Source: an uncultured Gammaproteobacteria bacterium (GTDB lineage Bacteria > Pseudomonadota > Gammaproteobacteria > CAWCPV01). Taken from it: DNA of 64,000 nucleotides. The stretch spans positions 32,001 through 96,000 of the forward strand of contig CAWCPV010000002.1 of the NCBI GenBank assembly GCA_963797555.1. Reading direction: 5' to 3'. Under the pieces are notes generated by a model. That model ran no database searches. It was not told the origin of the DNA and worked only from the letters and a program-made list of their open reading frames with translations. A program made the position numbers and the translations under genes. Positions 49,507-59,743 of this stretch are shown piece by piece. Within the stretch, counting starts at the first letter, position 1. Each line of letters begins with the position of its first letter.

Positions 49507-51032
49507 CAGCCTGTCGGACTTGAGCTTCCCAAGACCATCCCAAACCGTTTCAGTGTTGCTTTGGCACCAAAATGGGCGATTTAGGGCCGGAATTTGGCCA
49601 TTTTTCCGCCAACTTCCCGGTTACAGACGCAATGCGGCCATGCGTTTTAGATTCCAGGCGAGACACACCAGCGTCCATTCGGCTTGGACGTTTTGCAGGC
49701 CACGCAGCAGGAATTGGCGAAATCCCATCACCGACTTGATGATACCGAAGACCGGCTCCACGGTTTGCTTGCGTAGGGCATAGTCCGCTTTGCCTTGGCG
49801 TGTCTTGAGCCTGTGCTTCATCGTCTCCAGCGGCCCCGCCTTTTCCGGCAGTGGCGGCGGCTCGCTGAAGCGTTCCGTCCAATGGGGATGATGCCCCTCC
49901 CGGCCTACCGCGATGAGCGGTTGGATCTCAGCCTGCTGGCAAGCGGCAACGTTGTGCTCGCTGAAGTAACCGGCGTCGGCCAGAAGCTTCTCGGGCTGAT
50001 TCAGCCCCTCGGGCAGGGCTTGGAGTTTTCCGACCATCGGCTCGACCTGCTCTTTGTCGTTGGCCGCTTGGGTGACGTGGGCGAGAACCACCAGCATCGT
50101 CTCGCTGTCCACCAGCGCTTGGGCGTTGTAGCTCTGCTCGAAGCCGCCGCCCGCCACGGGCATGATGCGGGATTCTTGGTCGGTCAGGTTGATCTGGTCT
50201 TCGGCACGTGGCCCGGGCTGGGGCGGCTTCGGCTCCTTGCCAGCGGGTTTCTTGCCGCTTGCCGCGGCCTTGGCCGCACGGGCGGCCACCTTGGCTTCAT
50301 AGTCGGCCTGCTCGCGCGCGAAACGTTCCTGGGCGCGTGCCTCGATCTTGGCCTTGGCCTCGGCGATGGCCGCAAGACGGTCCTGCCGGCGCTGCAGTTC
50401 TTCCGGAAGGCTCATCCCGTCCGCCACCGCCGTTTGGTCAGCTTGTTCGGCCAGTGCGAGCAGCTCTTGGACCTCGGCCTTGAGTTGGGCCTCGATCTGC
50501 TCGGCGTGGCCGTAAGACAAGGCACTGTGCCGGCTGGCGTTGGCGTGCAGCTTGGTGCCGTCCAGGCTGACCGTGCCGAAGCGGCTGATCTGGTTCTCTC
50601 GTGCCACTTGCAGGACCTGCACAAAGGCCGCTTCGAATTGCTTGCCAAAGCGCCGCCGAAAACTCGCCAGGGTGTCGTGGTCGGGATGCTGGTTACAGGC
50701 GATGAACCGAAAGGCCAGCGAATCGTAGGTCGCCCGCTCGATCTTGCGGCTGGAGAAGCTGCCCGTGGCATAACCGTATATCAGCAGCGACAGCAGCAGC
50801 GCCGGGTGGTAGGCCGCGCTTCCGTTGCCGGCATAGGCGCGCTCCAGCTCGCCAAGGGCCAGTCCTTCGACCACCTCCACTACGTAGCGCGCCAGGTGGG
50901 CCTCGGGCAGCCAGTCCTGCACCGACGGCGGCAACAGAAAGTCCGTGTCACGGTCAATCGGGCGAAAGCGGCTCATCTCAAAACTCCTCGGGGCAGTGGC
51001 CGCTATTGTACAGGGCTAAGTCCGACAGGCTG
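49507..51032 (-). mobile_element. IS1182-family element, intact
   Basis: 15-bp IR CAGCCTGTCGGACTT; CTAG duplicated at 49503-06 and 51033-36. Confidence 0.95.
49621..50976 (-). CDS. IS1182 transposase
   Basis: LPEAHLAR, YHP, PDHDT, LDGTKLHANAS, LADAGY, RKQTVEPVFG. Confidence 0.95.
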   Translation of the reverse strand: MSRFRPIDRDTDFLLPPSVQDWLPEAHLARYVVEVVEGLALGELERAYAGNGSAAYHPALLLSLLIYGYATGSFSSRKIERATYDSLAFRFIACNQHPDHDTLASFRRRFGKQFEAAFVQVLQVARENQISRFGTVSLDGTKLHANASRHSALSYGHAEQIEAQLKAEVQELLALAEQADQTAVADGMSLPEELQRRQDRLAAIAEAKAKIEARAQERFAREQADYEAKVAARAAKAAASGKKPAGKEPKPPQPGPRAEDQINLTDQESRIMPVAGGGFEQSYNAQALVDSETMLVVLAHVTQAANDKEQVEPMVGKLQALPEGLNQPEKLLADAGYFSEHNVAACQQAEIQPLIAVGREGHHPHWTERFSEPPPLPEKAGPLETMKHRLKTRQGKADYALRKQTVEPVFGIIKSVMGFRQFLLRGLQNVQAEWTLVCLAWNLKRMAALRL

Positions 51033-51122
51033 CTAGGACGCCAAAGCCCGAGCGTTGCGGTGCGGCGTGCCCGTGGGGCGCCGGCTGACGCCGATGTCAG
51101 ATAGCAGCCACCGAGGGCAACC

Positions 51123-51842
51123 ATGACCGATCCAGAGCATTTCGCCGCCGCTGGGAAGCGCACCGGTTCAACCAAGAAGACGAGGAGACCAGGAATGGGT
51201 ACGGACTCTACGAAGAGTGAAGAGCTCACGAGGCCGTCACCGGCCGAAGCGATCCAGCCCGTCAGCAAGGCAGGCACTACCGTCAAGGAAGGGATCGTGG
51301 GAAGTCTGAAGGGCATCGACGAGATCGAGGCGCAGATCGTCAGCTTGGTGAGGAACACGGTTTCGTATGCCGTACGGGCCACCGGCGGGATCGCATCCGA
51401 AACGCTGAGCATTACCAAGGACGTGGTGGTCGGTGCGCTGTCCGCCACCGAGGAGGTAGGTGCCGGCCTTACCCTCAGCACCAAGAGCGTCGCCAAGGGC
51501 ATCGTGATGGGGGTAAGCAACGTCGGTGGGGACGTCATCGCCGTGGCCGCCGAGATTGTGAAGGCGGCGGTCAGAGGCGCTTCGGAAGTCGGCGCGGACG
51601 TGGGCATGGTCGCCAAACGGGCGGTCGACGGCGTGGTGGAGGCCGTCACCGAAACCGGCGGGAACGTCGCCGATGTGGCGACGGCGGCAGCGAGCGGCGC
51701 GGTGGAGGCAGCCGCCGCCATCGGTAACACCGCCGTCCGTGCGGTCAGAGACATGACCCTCGGGATCGCAGAGGGCATCAAGGAGGTGGCTGGCGCCATC
51801 CTGCCCAAACCCCGGCAGGGGCCGCCCAATCAATCGGGCTGA
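51123..51842 (+). CDS. 22-residue amphipathic-repeat protein, copy 3 (alternative start 51195)
   Basis: Colinear with copies 1 and 2; between DUF5132 and HMA2 genes. Confidence 0.85.
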   Translation: MTDPEHFAAAGKRTGSTKKTRRPGMGTDSTKSEELTRPSPAEAIQPVSKAGTTVKEGIVGSLKGIDEIEAQIVSLVRNTVSYAVRATGGIASETLSITKDVVVGALSATEEVGAGLTLSTKSVAKGIVMGVSNVGGDVIAVAAEIVKAAVRGASEVGADVGMVAKRAVDGVVEAVTETGGNVADVATAAASGAVEAAAAIGNTAVRAVRDMTLGIAEGIKEVAGAILPKPRQGPPNQSG

Positions 51843-52099
51843 GGCGCCGTCAGCCGCGACTTCCCATGTCCGCCAAGGGTCGCATCCAGTGCGGGCGCCC
51901 CACGCTCTTGGGCTCTTGCGGTAAACCGGTCCCCGGCGCTCGGTGTCCCGCCGCCCCACTCGGGGGCGCGGCGGCGCTTCGTGACGCGGTTGCCCGAGGG
52001 TTCGCCTGGGGAACTTTTTCAAAGTTTTCACGAAACTGAAACACTGTGTTGATTTAATACCCAAGGTCGACAGCCAGCACATCACGGAGAGAAGACTCC

Positions 52100-52483
52100 A
52101 TGACAGCCTACATCCATCATGTTCCCGGCAGGCTGCGGGTGCGCTCTGCACAGATCAAGGGTAATCCGCATCGTGCGGCCGCCGTGCAGCGCACACTGCT
52201 GCAGACCGCCGGGCTGTTGTCCGCGGAGGTGAGCACGACCACCGGCAGCGTGGTCATCCATTACGACCCGCAGCGGGTCGATTCCGACACTCTTCTGGGC
52301 CCTTTCAAGGATGCGGGATGCGTGTCCCCCGACGCCAGCCTAAACACCTCCACCGGGCGTATCGAGTCGGCAGCGGCGAACGAACCCTACGCCTGGGGCC
52401 TGATCGGCAAGGCCGTCGCCGGCGTCGTCCTGGAGAAGCTGGTCGAGCATTCCGCCACTGCGCTGATCGGGGCCATCATCTAG
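52100..52483 (+). CDS. Cys-less HMA2 (FezC/CoBaHMA-like) domain protein
   Basis: YIHHVPGRLRVR...TTGSVVIHYD; hydrophobic C-terminal helix. Confidence 0.82.
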   Translation: MTAYIHHVPGRLRVRSAQIKGNPHRAAAVQRTLLQTAGLLSAEVSTTTGSVVIHYDPQRVDSDTLLGPFKDAGCVSPDASLNTSTGRIESAAANEPYAWGLIGKAVAGVVLEKLVEHSATALIGAII

Positions 52484-52965
52484 TGTAGTGCTTCATTCTG
52501 TTTAGAACTTAAACGTGCGTTGGCGCGGATGACCTTCTGCAGGATGTCCTTAGCCTTGGCGGTCCAGATGAAGGGTTTGGGATTGGCGTTGTGGGCATCG
52601 ACATAGCGGTTGATGGCAGGGATCAACTCGGGGACGCTTCGAAACACGCCACGGCGCAACCGATCCACAGTCAGGTCGCGGAAGAATCGCTCGACCATGT
52701 TCAACCAGGATGCTGAGGTGGGCGTGAAATGGATGTGGAAACGCGGGTGTTTTCCCAGCCATTTCTGAACGTTGGGATGTTTGTGGGTGGCGTAGTTGTC
52801 GCAGACCAAGTGCAGTTCCTTGTCCTTGGGCGTCTCGCGGTCGATTTGGCGCAGGAAGGTGAGCCACTCCGTGTGGCGATGGTGCGGCTCGCAGCGGGCA
52901 ATCACGGAACCCTCCAAGGTGTTCAGGGCAGCAAACAGTGTTGTGGTGCCATGGCGCTTGTAGTC
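52480..52965 (-). mobile_element. IS630-family element, 3' half only
   Basis: DYKRHGTTTLFAAL, VCDNYATHK, TPTSASWLNMVERFF, PKPFIW; ends at CTAG. Confidence 0.9.
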
Positions 52966-53067
52966 AACACAGATGCATCCCACCCACCGGCGCTGACTCC
53001 GCCCCTTGAGCGGCGAAGGCCTCGCTCCTCGCCGATTTCCCCAAGGGTTGCGAGCCCTTTCGGCGCC

Positions 53068-54255
53068 TCAGCCGAGCCTTCCTACCCTATCGGTCATTTC
53101 CCAGGGCAGACCGATGTCCATTCGTCCCATATGTCCGTACGTCGCGAGCCTGCTGTAGAAACGCCCCTTGAAAGCTGCGGGCAGCCTGCGCAAATTGAAG
53201 GTCCGGACGATCCCGGCGGGCCGCAGGTCGAAGTTCCGCTCGACCAGGGCACCGATCTCGCCGTCCGGAACGCGACCGGTGCCGAAGGTCTCCACCTGGA
53301 TGCTCACTGGCCGGGACAGGCCGACCGTGTAGCTGAGCTGCAGCTCGCACTCCTGTGCGAGCCCCGCCGCCACGATATTCTTGGCCGCATGGCGCGCGGC
53401 ATAGGCGCCCACCCGGTCGATGCGCGTGGGGTCCTTCCCGCTCAGAGCCGCCCCGCTATGCCGGGAGTACTCGCCGTAAGTGTCGATGGCGTTCTTGCGC
53501 CCGGTCAGCCCCGAATGCACCGTCGGACCACCCACGAGCAGCGGACCCCCGGGGTTTACGAATAGGCGCGTGCTGACATCCGGGCGTAACTCTTCGTCGA
53601 CGAAAGCGGGCTTCACCACCAACTCGATCAGGTCGTCCCGGAGCCTGGTCGGCGAGGGGGTGTCCGCGCCGTACTGGCTGGCCACGAGGGTGATGCTGTG
53701 GATGCGCGAGGGCCTGCGCCCGCGGAACTCCACGCCCACCTGAGTCTTGCCGTCCGGCGCCAAGTACTCCAGGAGACCCTTGAGACGCACGGCCGCGAGC
53801 TGCCTGGCGAGCTTGTGGGCCAGCCAGATCGGCAGGGGTACGAGGGCGCTGGTCTGGGTGCAGGCGAAGCCGAACACGGTAACCTGATTACGGGCCGGTA
53901 CCGCTTCAATTTCGTCCTCGGACAGCTCGGACTCATGTCCCCGCAGCTTTGGCCCGGCCGGCATCTCGTTGAAGCTCGTCATGATGCTGCAGGTCCCGGG
54001 GTTGAAGTCCTCACGGTCGTAGCCCACCTGGCGGATGACTTGGCGGGCGACCTCCGGAATGTCGACGCTCGCCCCCGAGTTGAAACGCGCCGCGATGAAC
54101 AGGATGCCCGTCGAGACGGCACACTCCACGCGGATCAACGAGAACGGGTCCTGCTCCAGAAAGCGGTCGACCACTGCGTCGCTCACTTGGTCGCACAGCT
54201 TGTCCGGGTGACCCTCGGTCACCGATTCCGAGGTGAACATGAAGTCGTCTCTCAT
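53068..54255 (-). CDS. Divergent methionine adenosyltransferase (MetK) paralogue
   Basis: FTSESVTEGHPDK, DGKTQ, GLTGRK, SGKD present, but GAGDQG replaced by PARNQV; ATGA overlap with ATPase stop. Confidence 0.9.
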   Translation of the reverse strand: MRDDFMFTSESVTEGHPDKLCDQVSDAVVDRFLEQDPFSLIRVECAVSTGILFIAARFNSGASVDIPEVARQVIRQVGYDREDFNPGTCSIMTSFNEMPAGPKLRGHESELSEDEIEAVPARNQVTVFGFACTQTSALVPLPIWLAHKLARQLAAVRLKGLLEYLAPDGKTQVGVEFRGRRPSRIHSITLVASQYGADTPSPTRLRDDLIELVVKPAFVDEELRPDVSTRLFVNPGGPLLVGGPTVHSGLTGRKNAIDTYGEYSRHSGAALSGKDPTRIDRVGAYAARHAAKNIVAAGLAQECELQLSYTVGLSRPVSIQVETFGTGRVPDGEIGALVERNFDLRPAGIVRTFNLRRLPAAFKGRFYSRLATYGHMGRMDIGLPWEMTDRVGRLG

Positions 54256-57200
54256 GGGCTTTCCTCCCGATGTGCAGCCGTCTCCAAACTCACGCGCGGT
54301 GCAGCCCGCGACGCTGTACCTGCAGGCCACGCCTTGGTGGTTTCGTTGATCAGCAGAGGCGCGAGTGCCGTGCCCGCAACGACCAGGCCGTCCAAGAGCC
54401 CAATGGGCGCACTCCCCAGGAATTGCCTCAAGCCGGGTAACACCGCCGACAGGAACTGTAGTCCGAGGGATCCTGCCATCGCCCCCTTCAGATAAGGGTT
54501 CGCGGGAAGCGGCCGCGGATCGAACAAGCTATGCGTCTCGGAACGGCAGCTGATGGCATGCAGGAGTTGCGCCGTGGTCAGGCTCATGAACGCCATCGTA
54601 TTGGCCCTAGCCCCCAGACCATAGCGGTAGACCCCGTAGCCGTATGCAGCGAGCGCGCCCGCGGTGAGCGTGGAGGACTCGAACCCGATGCGCCCGAAAT
54701 CGCCCCAGCCCACGATGGGCTGCCTCGGATCGCGCGGTGGACGGCGCAGCACGTCCGGCTCCGGCGCCTCCATGGCCAGGGCGAGCCCAGGAAAAATGTC
54801 CGTGACCAGATTGATCCACAACAACTGCATCGGTGTAAGGGGTTGGCCCGCCCCTGCAGCGATGGCACCCAGCATGACCATGATCTCGCTCAGGTTGGTG
54901 GCCAGAAGGAAGTGGATGGACTTGCGGATGTTCCCATAGATGGTGCGACCGCGACTCACCGCCGTCACCATGGTGGCGAGATCGTCTTCCTCCAGCACCA
55001 CGTCGGCCACGGTGCGCGCGACATCGGTCCCGGCCCCTCCCATAGCGATTCCGATGTCGGCGGCCTTGAGGGCTGGCCCATCATTGATGCCATCTCCGGT
55101 CATGGCCACCACCTGGCCCGTCCGCTGCAGCGCCTGAACGATCTGGAGCTTGTGCGCGGGGCTCACGCGGGCAAATACGTGGACCCGCTCGGCAATGGCC
55201 GCCAGAACCTCCGAGTCGATGCGCTCTAGGTGGGTGGAGTCCAGGATTTCCAACTGGCCGCCAGCGCTGAGGTCCAGGGCTTTGCCGATCGCATAGGCCG
55301 TGGGGCTCTGATCTCCGGTGATCATCACTGTATCGATCCCGGCGTCGTGGAAGAGCCCGATCAAGTCCCGGACACCGGGCCGGATAGGGTCAGCCATCCC
55401 GACCAATCCTACCCACGTGAGCCCCTGGGACAGCTCGCCCCCCTCTGGAAGATCACTATAGGCCATCCCGAGAACGCGCAGGGCATCGCCCGCCATGCGG
55501 TCATTTTCGATACGGATGGTCGACCTCAGCTCCTCGCTCAGCGGATGCCGCTCCCCATCCCGAAAGATCCAGTCGCAGAGGCCCAGCACCTCCGACGGAC
55601 TGCCCTTGACCGCAACCCGCACCTGCCCGTCTGGCAGGGCATGGTGGCTCGCCATGTAGTTACGATTCTCGGCGCGCTGCTCCAGTCTGAGCACGGGAAA
55701 GCGGCGTCTGAGCGGGGGCACGTCGACCCCGGCATCCATCGCCATGCGCAGCAAGGCCGCCTCCGTCGGCGAGCCTTTGAAGGGATCGCCCGCGCCCGGT
55801 GCGTTCGGCACCGCCTCGTTGCACAGCACGGATACCTCCGCGAGACGCATCAGGTCTGGATGCTCCGACGGCGGGACGGCTGTTCCGTCGGCATCCCAGA
55901 AACATCCCTGCGACACCCCCAAGCGCACACCGTCGGTAGCCACCCGGACCACGGCCATGCGGTTCAGAGTCAGTGTGCCCGTCTTGTCCAGACACAACAC
56001 CTGCACCGCACCCAAGGTCTCGACGGCATCGAGCTGGCGGATCAGGACCTTGTGCCGTCGCATGTCCCGGATGCCGATGGCCAGAGTGGTGGTAGCGACG
56101 GTCGGCAGCCCCTCAGGCACCGCCGCCACCGCCAAGGAGATGGCGGTCTTGAGCATCTGCAGCAGGCCATAGCCGCGCAACAGTCCGAGGACGAATACGA
56201 CGCCGCAGACCGCCCCGCTCAGCACAATGACCCGCGTGCCCAATTGGCTGAGCTGCCGTTGCATCGGAGTCTCAGGGGACCTCGCTTCGCCCACGAGGGT
56301 CTGAATCGTACCGAGCTCCGTAAAACCGCCGGTGCCGACGACGACGGCGAGCCCACTCCCCCCGGTAACGGTCGTCCCCATGTACACCATATTCACCCGG
56401 TCACCAAGGGGTAGCTCGTCCACGCTCAGTGCCGCGGTGCTCTTGCTGACCGGCATGCTCTCACCGGTGAGCGGGGACTCGTCGAGCGTGAGCCAGCGTG
56501 CCTCGACGAGCCGGGCATCCGCTGCCACGTAGCTGCCTGGCGATAGGCTCAAGATGTCACCGACCACCACGTTCTCACTGCCGATCTCTCGTAGGCGGTT
56601 CTCCCGCAAGACATGGACCGAGGGTTGCACCACGCTGGCCAGGGCATCGATAGTGCGTTCCGCCTGCCGCTCCGTGATAAAGCCGATGGTAGCGTTGATG
56701 ATCACGACCCCCATGATGACCACCGCATCCGCGAAGCCACCCGTCGCTGCTGAGATGACGGCGGAGGCGCTGAGCAGCGCCACCGGCAGGCTGTTGAGCT
56801 GGCCGAGCAACATGCTCAGCGCCGAACGTCCGGCGGGCTGGGGCAATACGTTCGGGCCATAGGCAGCGAGCCGGTTGGCCACGGCCCCATTGGAGAGGCC
56901 CGGGTGTCCTGGGCTATCGACGACCGCCAGGACCTCCGGGGTGTCGAGACGGTGCCATAATCTTTGCGCCTGAGTCTGGTAACCCCCGAGCAAGCGCCGG
57001 GCGTGGTGCGAGTGGACATTGCTGCCCCCGCGTTGCGCGGCGCTGCGACGGCTCGGCGAGGTGCCGTCGCCGGCCCTTTGGAGCTGCTGCAGGGCCGTGC
57101 GCGAAGGGAGAAGCCGTTCGATGGCGAGGACGATGGTCGGCAGGTCCGTCGCCTCGCCGAAGGTAACGAGCACGTTCCCGGTCAGCGTGCTGGCCCAGAC

Positions 57201-57323
57201 CCCGGTAACGCCCGAAAGCCGGCGCACCGCGGATTCCAGGAGGGCCCGCACATGCGCGCCGCGGTGAAGCCCATGGACGCGCAAACGCGCCCGCCCGGGG
57301 ACCGCGGTATGGATCGGACGCAC
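54252..57323 (-). CDS. P2A (Ca2+-type) P-type ATPase with N-terminal HMA2 domain
   Basis: TGES, VPEGLP, DKTGTLT, KGSP, MITGD, GDGIND, TNLSE, WINLVTD; N-terminus HTAVPGRARLRV...TLTGNVLV; GTG start inferred from GAGG RBS. Confidence 0.93.
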   Translation of the reverse strand: MRPIHTAVPGRARLRVHGLHRGAHVRALLESAVRRLSGVTGVWASTLTGNVLVTFGEATDLPTIVLAIERLLPSRTALQQLQRAGDGTSPSRRSAAQRGGSNVHSHHARRLLGGYQTQAQRLWHRLDTPEVLAVVDSPGHPGLSNGAVANRLAAYGPNVLPQPAGRSALSMLLGQLNSLPVALLSASAVISAATGGFADAVVIMGVVIINATIGFITERQAERTIDALASVVQPSVHVLRENRLREIGSENVVVGDILSLSPGSYVAADARLVEARWLTLDESPLTGESMPVSKSTAALSVDELPLGDRVNMVYMGTTVTGGSGLAVVVGTGGFTELGTIQTLVGEARSPETPMQRQLSQLGTRVIVLSGAVCGVVFVLGLLRGYGLLQMLKTAISLAVAAVPEGLPTVATTTLAIGIRDMRRHKVLIRQLDAVETLGAVQVLCLDKTGTLTLNRMAVVRVATDGVRLGVSQGCFWDADGTAVPPSEHPDLMRLAEVSVLCNEAVPNAPGAGDPFKGSPTEAALLRMAMDAGVDVPPLRRRFPVLRLEQRAENRNYMASHHALPDGQVRVAVKGSPSEVLGLCDWIFRDGERHPLSEELRSTIRIENDRMAGDALRVLGMAYSDLPEGGELSQGLTWVGLVGMADPIRPGVRDLIGLFHDAGIDTVMITGDQSPTAYAIGKALDLSAGGQLEILDSTHLERIDSEVLAAIAERVHVFARVSPAHKLQIVQALQRTGQVVAMTGDGINDGPALKAADIGIAMGGAGTDVARTVADVVLEEDDLATMVTAVSRGRTIYGNIRKSIHFLLATNLSEIMVMLGAIAAGAGQPLTPMQLLWINLVTDIFPGLALAMEAPEPDVLRRPPRDPRQPIVGWGDFGRIGFESSTLTAGALAAYGYGVYRYGLGARANTMAFMSLTTAQLLHAISCRSETHSLFDPRPLPANPYLKGAMAGSLGLQFLSAVLPGLRQFLGSAPIGLLDGLVVAGTALAPLLINETTKAWPAGTASRAAPRVSLETAAHREESP

Positions 57324-57542
57324 GGCGGCACCCTCTTCTGCGGCAGACGACAATGCCCGGGCCCTTCCAGCGGGTGCAGACCTATTCAGTCCTAGCTCAG
57401 TTACCTCGATGGTCGCAGGCGCGACGCGCGCAAACCAACCGCACGCATCTAATGCGAGCCCGTCGAGGAAACCGTGCATGATGTGGCGCAGATGTTTCAT
57501 AATGATGACTGGCCAAAATCCAGTCAAATTTAGAGGTGGAAC

Positions 57543-57827
57543 ATGGCACTGTTCGACGATGCATTGAAGAGCTGGGGGGTGCCCACCCTGTTGGGCGTCG
57601 GTGTGGTGATCGCCATCCCCGTTGTGCTGCCGCTGGTCGGCGCTGCACTGCGGCCCGTTGCCAAGGCAGCGATAAAGGGCTATCTCGCCTTCAGCGACGC
57701 GGCCAGCGAATACGTGGCGGGTGCGGCCGAGGAGTTGAGCGATCTAGTCGCCGAGGTCAAAGCCGAGCGAGCGGGCGTCGTTGCCGCCCCGTCTGCGGCA
57801 TCTGGGGCCGGGGCATCCGGGGAGTGA
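57543..57827 (+). CDS. DUF5132/FezA-like small membrane protein, copy B
   Basis: GAGG RBS; LLGVGVV TM segment, RPVAKAAIKG, EELSDLVAEVKAE. Confidence 0.85.
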   Translation: MALFDDALKSWGVPTLLGVGVVIAIPVVLPLVGAALRPVAKAAIKGYLAFSDAASEYVAGAAEELSDLVAEVKAERAGVVAAPSAASGAGASGE

Positions 57828-59743
57828 CCGGCCGAACTCCCTCCTGCGGGAGCGTCGCACCTTCGGGCAACTCTTCCATGAGACTTCCGGCCTTGCGCGT
57901 GGCCCACGCTCTACCGGGGCGAGTGCGCCTCAAGGTTCCCGCCCTCAAGGGTAACGGGGATCTCGTGCAGGCCGTGTGCGAACAACTGGAGACTGTCGAC
58001 GCCGTCCTGGAAGTGCGCGCGAGCCCGCTCACCGGAAGCCTGCTGGTCCGCTACGACACCTCGCGAATTCCGTCTCTAGGAGTCTGTCGGACTTAAGGTA
58101 GAAACGCGGGTGTTGCAACGCCCCAAGGGGGGAATCTTGACCATGTGGCTCAGGTATGGGTGAGAAGCTATCTTTTTTGCGTGGCAAGACCCTTCACGTG
58201 CCTTCTTTTCACCCGTTCAGGGCATGCATCCGCTTCAGATTCCACCCAAGGCATACTAAAGCCCATTCACTTCGGACTGCGTCTAAGCCGCGAAGCAGAA
58301 ATTGCCTGAACCCTTGCACGTGTTTGAGGATACCGAAGACGGTTTCCACGGAAGATTTGCGCTTGGCGTAAAGTGCCTTACCTTCCTTGGTTTGCAGGCG
58401 GTGGTGCATCGCCTGTACGGGTGTGGGATTGCGAGGGGGTTTAGGGTCTTCGGCGAAGCGCGTCTGTAAGGGAACATTGTGCTTCTCGCGTTTTTCCGGG
58501 ATGAGCGGCGCGATGCGAGCGTTTTTGCACCGCTGAACGTTGGCCTCGCTGAAGTAGCCGGTGTCGGCGAGGAGGGATTCGCCCTGACCCAGCGCCTCGG
58601 GCAACTGGGCAATGTTCTCTAACGCCGGCGCAATCTCCTGTTTGTCATTGGGGTGCTGGGTGACGTGGTGCTCCACGATGAGATGCGTCTCGACATCCAC
58701 CCCGGCCTGCACGTTGTAGGCCTGTTCGAACCCTCCACTGGAGGTGGGCATGATGCGTGATTCTTCATCCGTCAGATTGACTTGGTCCTTGGCCTGCGGG
58801 CCAGGTGTCGGAGGACTCGGCGCCTTGCCCCGAGCCTTCTTGCCGGTGTGTTTCTCATAGACCTCGCGCTTGGCCTGCTTCTGTTCGAACTCCGCCTGCT
58901 CGCGCTCAAAACGCGCCTGCGCCCGGGTCCGGATCTCCTCTTTCGCCTGGGCAATCGCCGCCAGTCGCTCTTCGCGACGCTTGAGTCGGCGGGAATATCC
59001 ATCTCCTCCGCCAGTGAGCTCCGGTCGGCCTGCTCGGCAAAGCGCATCAGGGCTTGCACTTCCTCCTGAAGCTGCGCCTCGAGCCGGTTCGCGTACTCCC
59101 AACTCAGCGCCTTATGCTTGCTGGCGTTTGCTTTGACCTTGCTCCCATCCAGCGCAATCGTGCCCAGCTTCACCAGCCCCATCTCTGCCGCCACCAGCAG
59201 AATCTCGACAAACAGCCCCTCCAGCTCCTTCAGAAACCGCCTGCGGAATTGCGCGATGGTGTCATGGTCCGGGTGCGTGTTGGCACAGATATACCGAAAC
59301 GCGATCGAATCATGGGTCGCCTTCTCCAGCTTGCGACTGGAAAACACCCCCGTGGCATAGCCGTAGAACAGCAACGCCACTAACATCGCCGGGTGGTAGG
59401 GCTTCGACCCCTTACCCCCGTACACCGCCGACAGATGCCTCAGCTCCAACTGCTCCACAATCTCCACCACAAATCGAGCCAAGTGCCCTTCCGGGAGATA
59501 GTCCTGCACGCAAGGCGGGAAAATATACGGGGTATCGCGGTCTATCGGGATGAATTCAACAGCCATCTTGCTCCCCAGGCGGTGGCCCGCTACAGTGCGC
59601 CTATTCTACCCCCGAGTCGGCTCCAAGTCCGACAGCCTCTAGGCGCCTTTCATAAGCTGCTCGAGCCCATCCACGGGCTGTTTCCGGGTGCCCAGGATCT
59701 GGGCGCTGCCGCCGCGCAACAGGCGGACTCCACGTCCCGCTGA
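57824..59743 (+). pseudogene. Second stand-alone HMA2 protein, interrupted by IS1182 (coding 57824 or 57878 to 58079, then 59643-59743)
   Basis: VAHALPGRVRLK...SPLTGSLLVRYD; frame resumes after the IS as (L)GAFHKLLEPIHGLF...SR*. Confidence 0.8.
58080..59639 (-). mobile_element. IS1182-family element (distinct from 49507 copy); transposase 59566-58209 frameshifted near 58990
   Basis: IRs GAG(T/G)CTGTCGGACTT; TAG duplicated within CTAG context; LDGSKVKANAS, LADTGY, RKSSVETVFG. Confidence 0.92.

Noticed and set aside
54252-57527. Calling the ATPase a heavy-metal P1B/FezB pump, or using the 57527 start
   Set aside because: PEGL and TM5/TM6 residues are P2A-type with no CPx motif. The extra 68 codons span the divergent promoter region and look non-coding.
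57480-57530. Possible Fur box (CATAATGATGAC) in the divergent ATPase/DUF5132 intergenic region
   Set aside because: Only a half-match to GATAATGATAATCATTATC, with no dyad symmetry.
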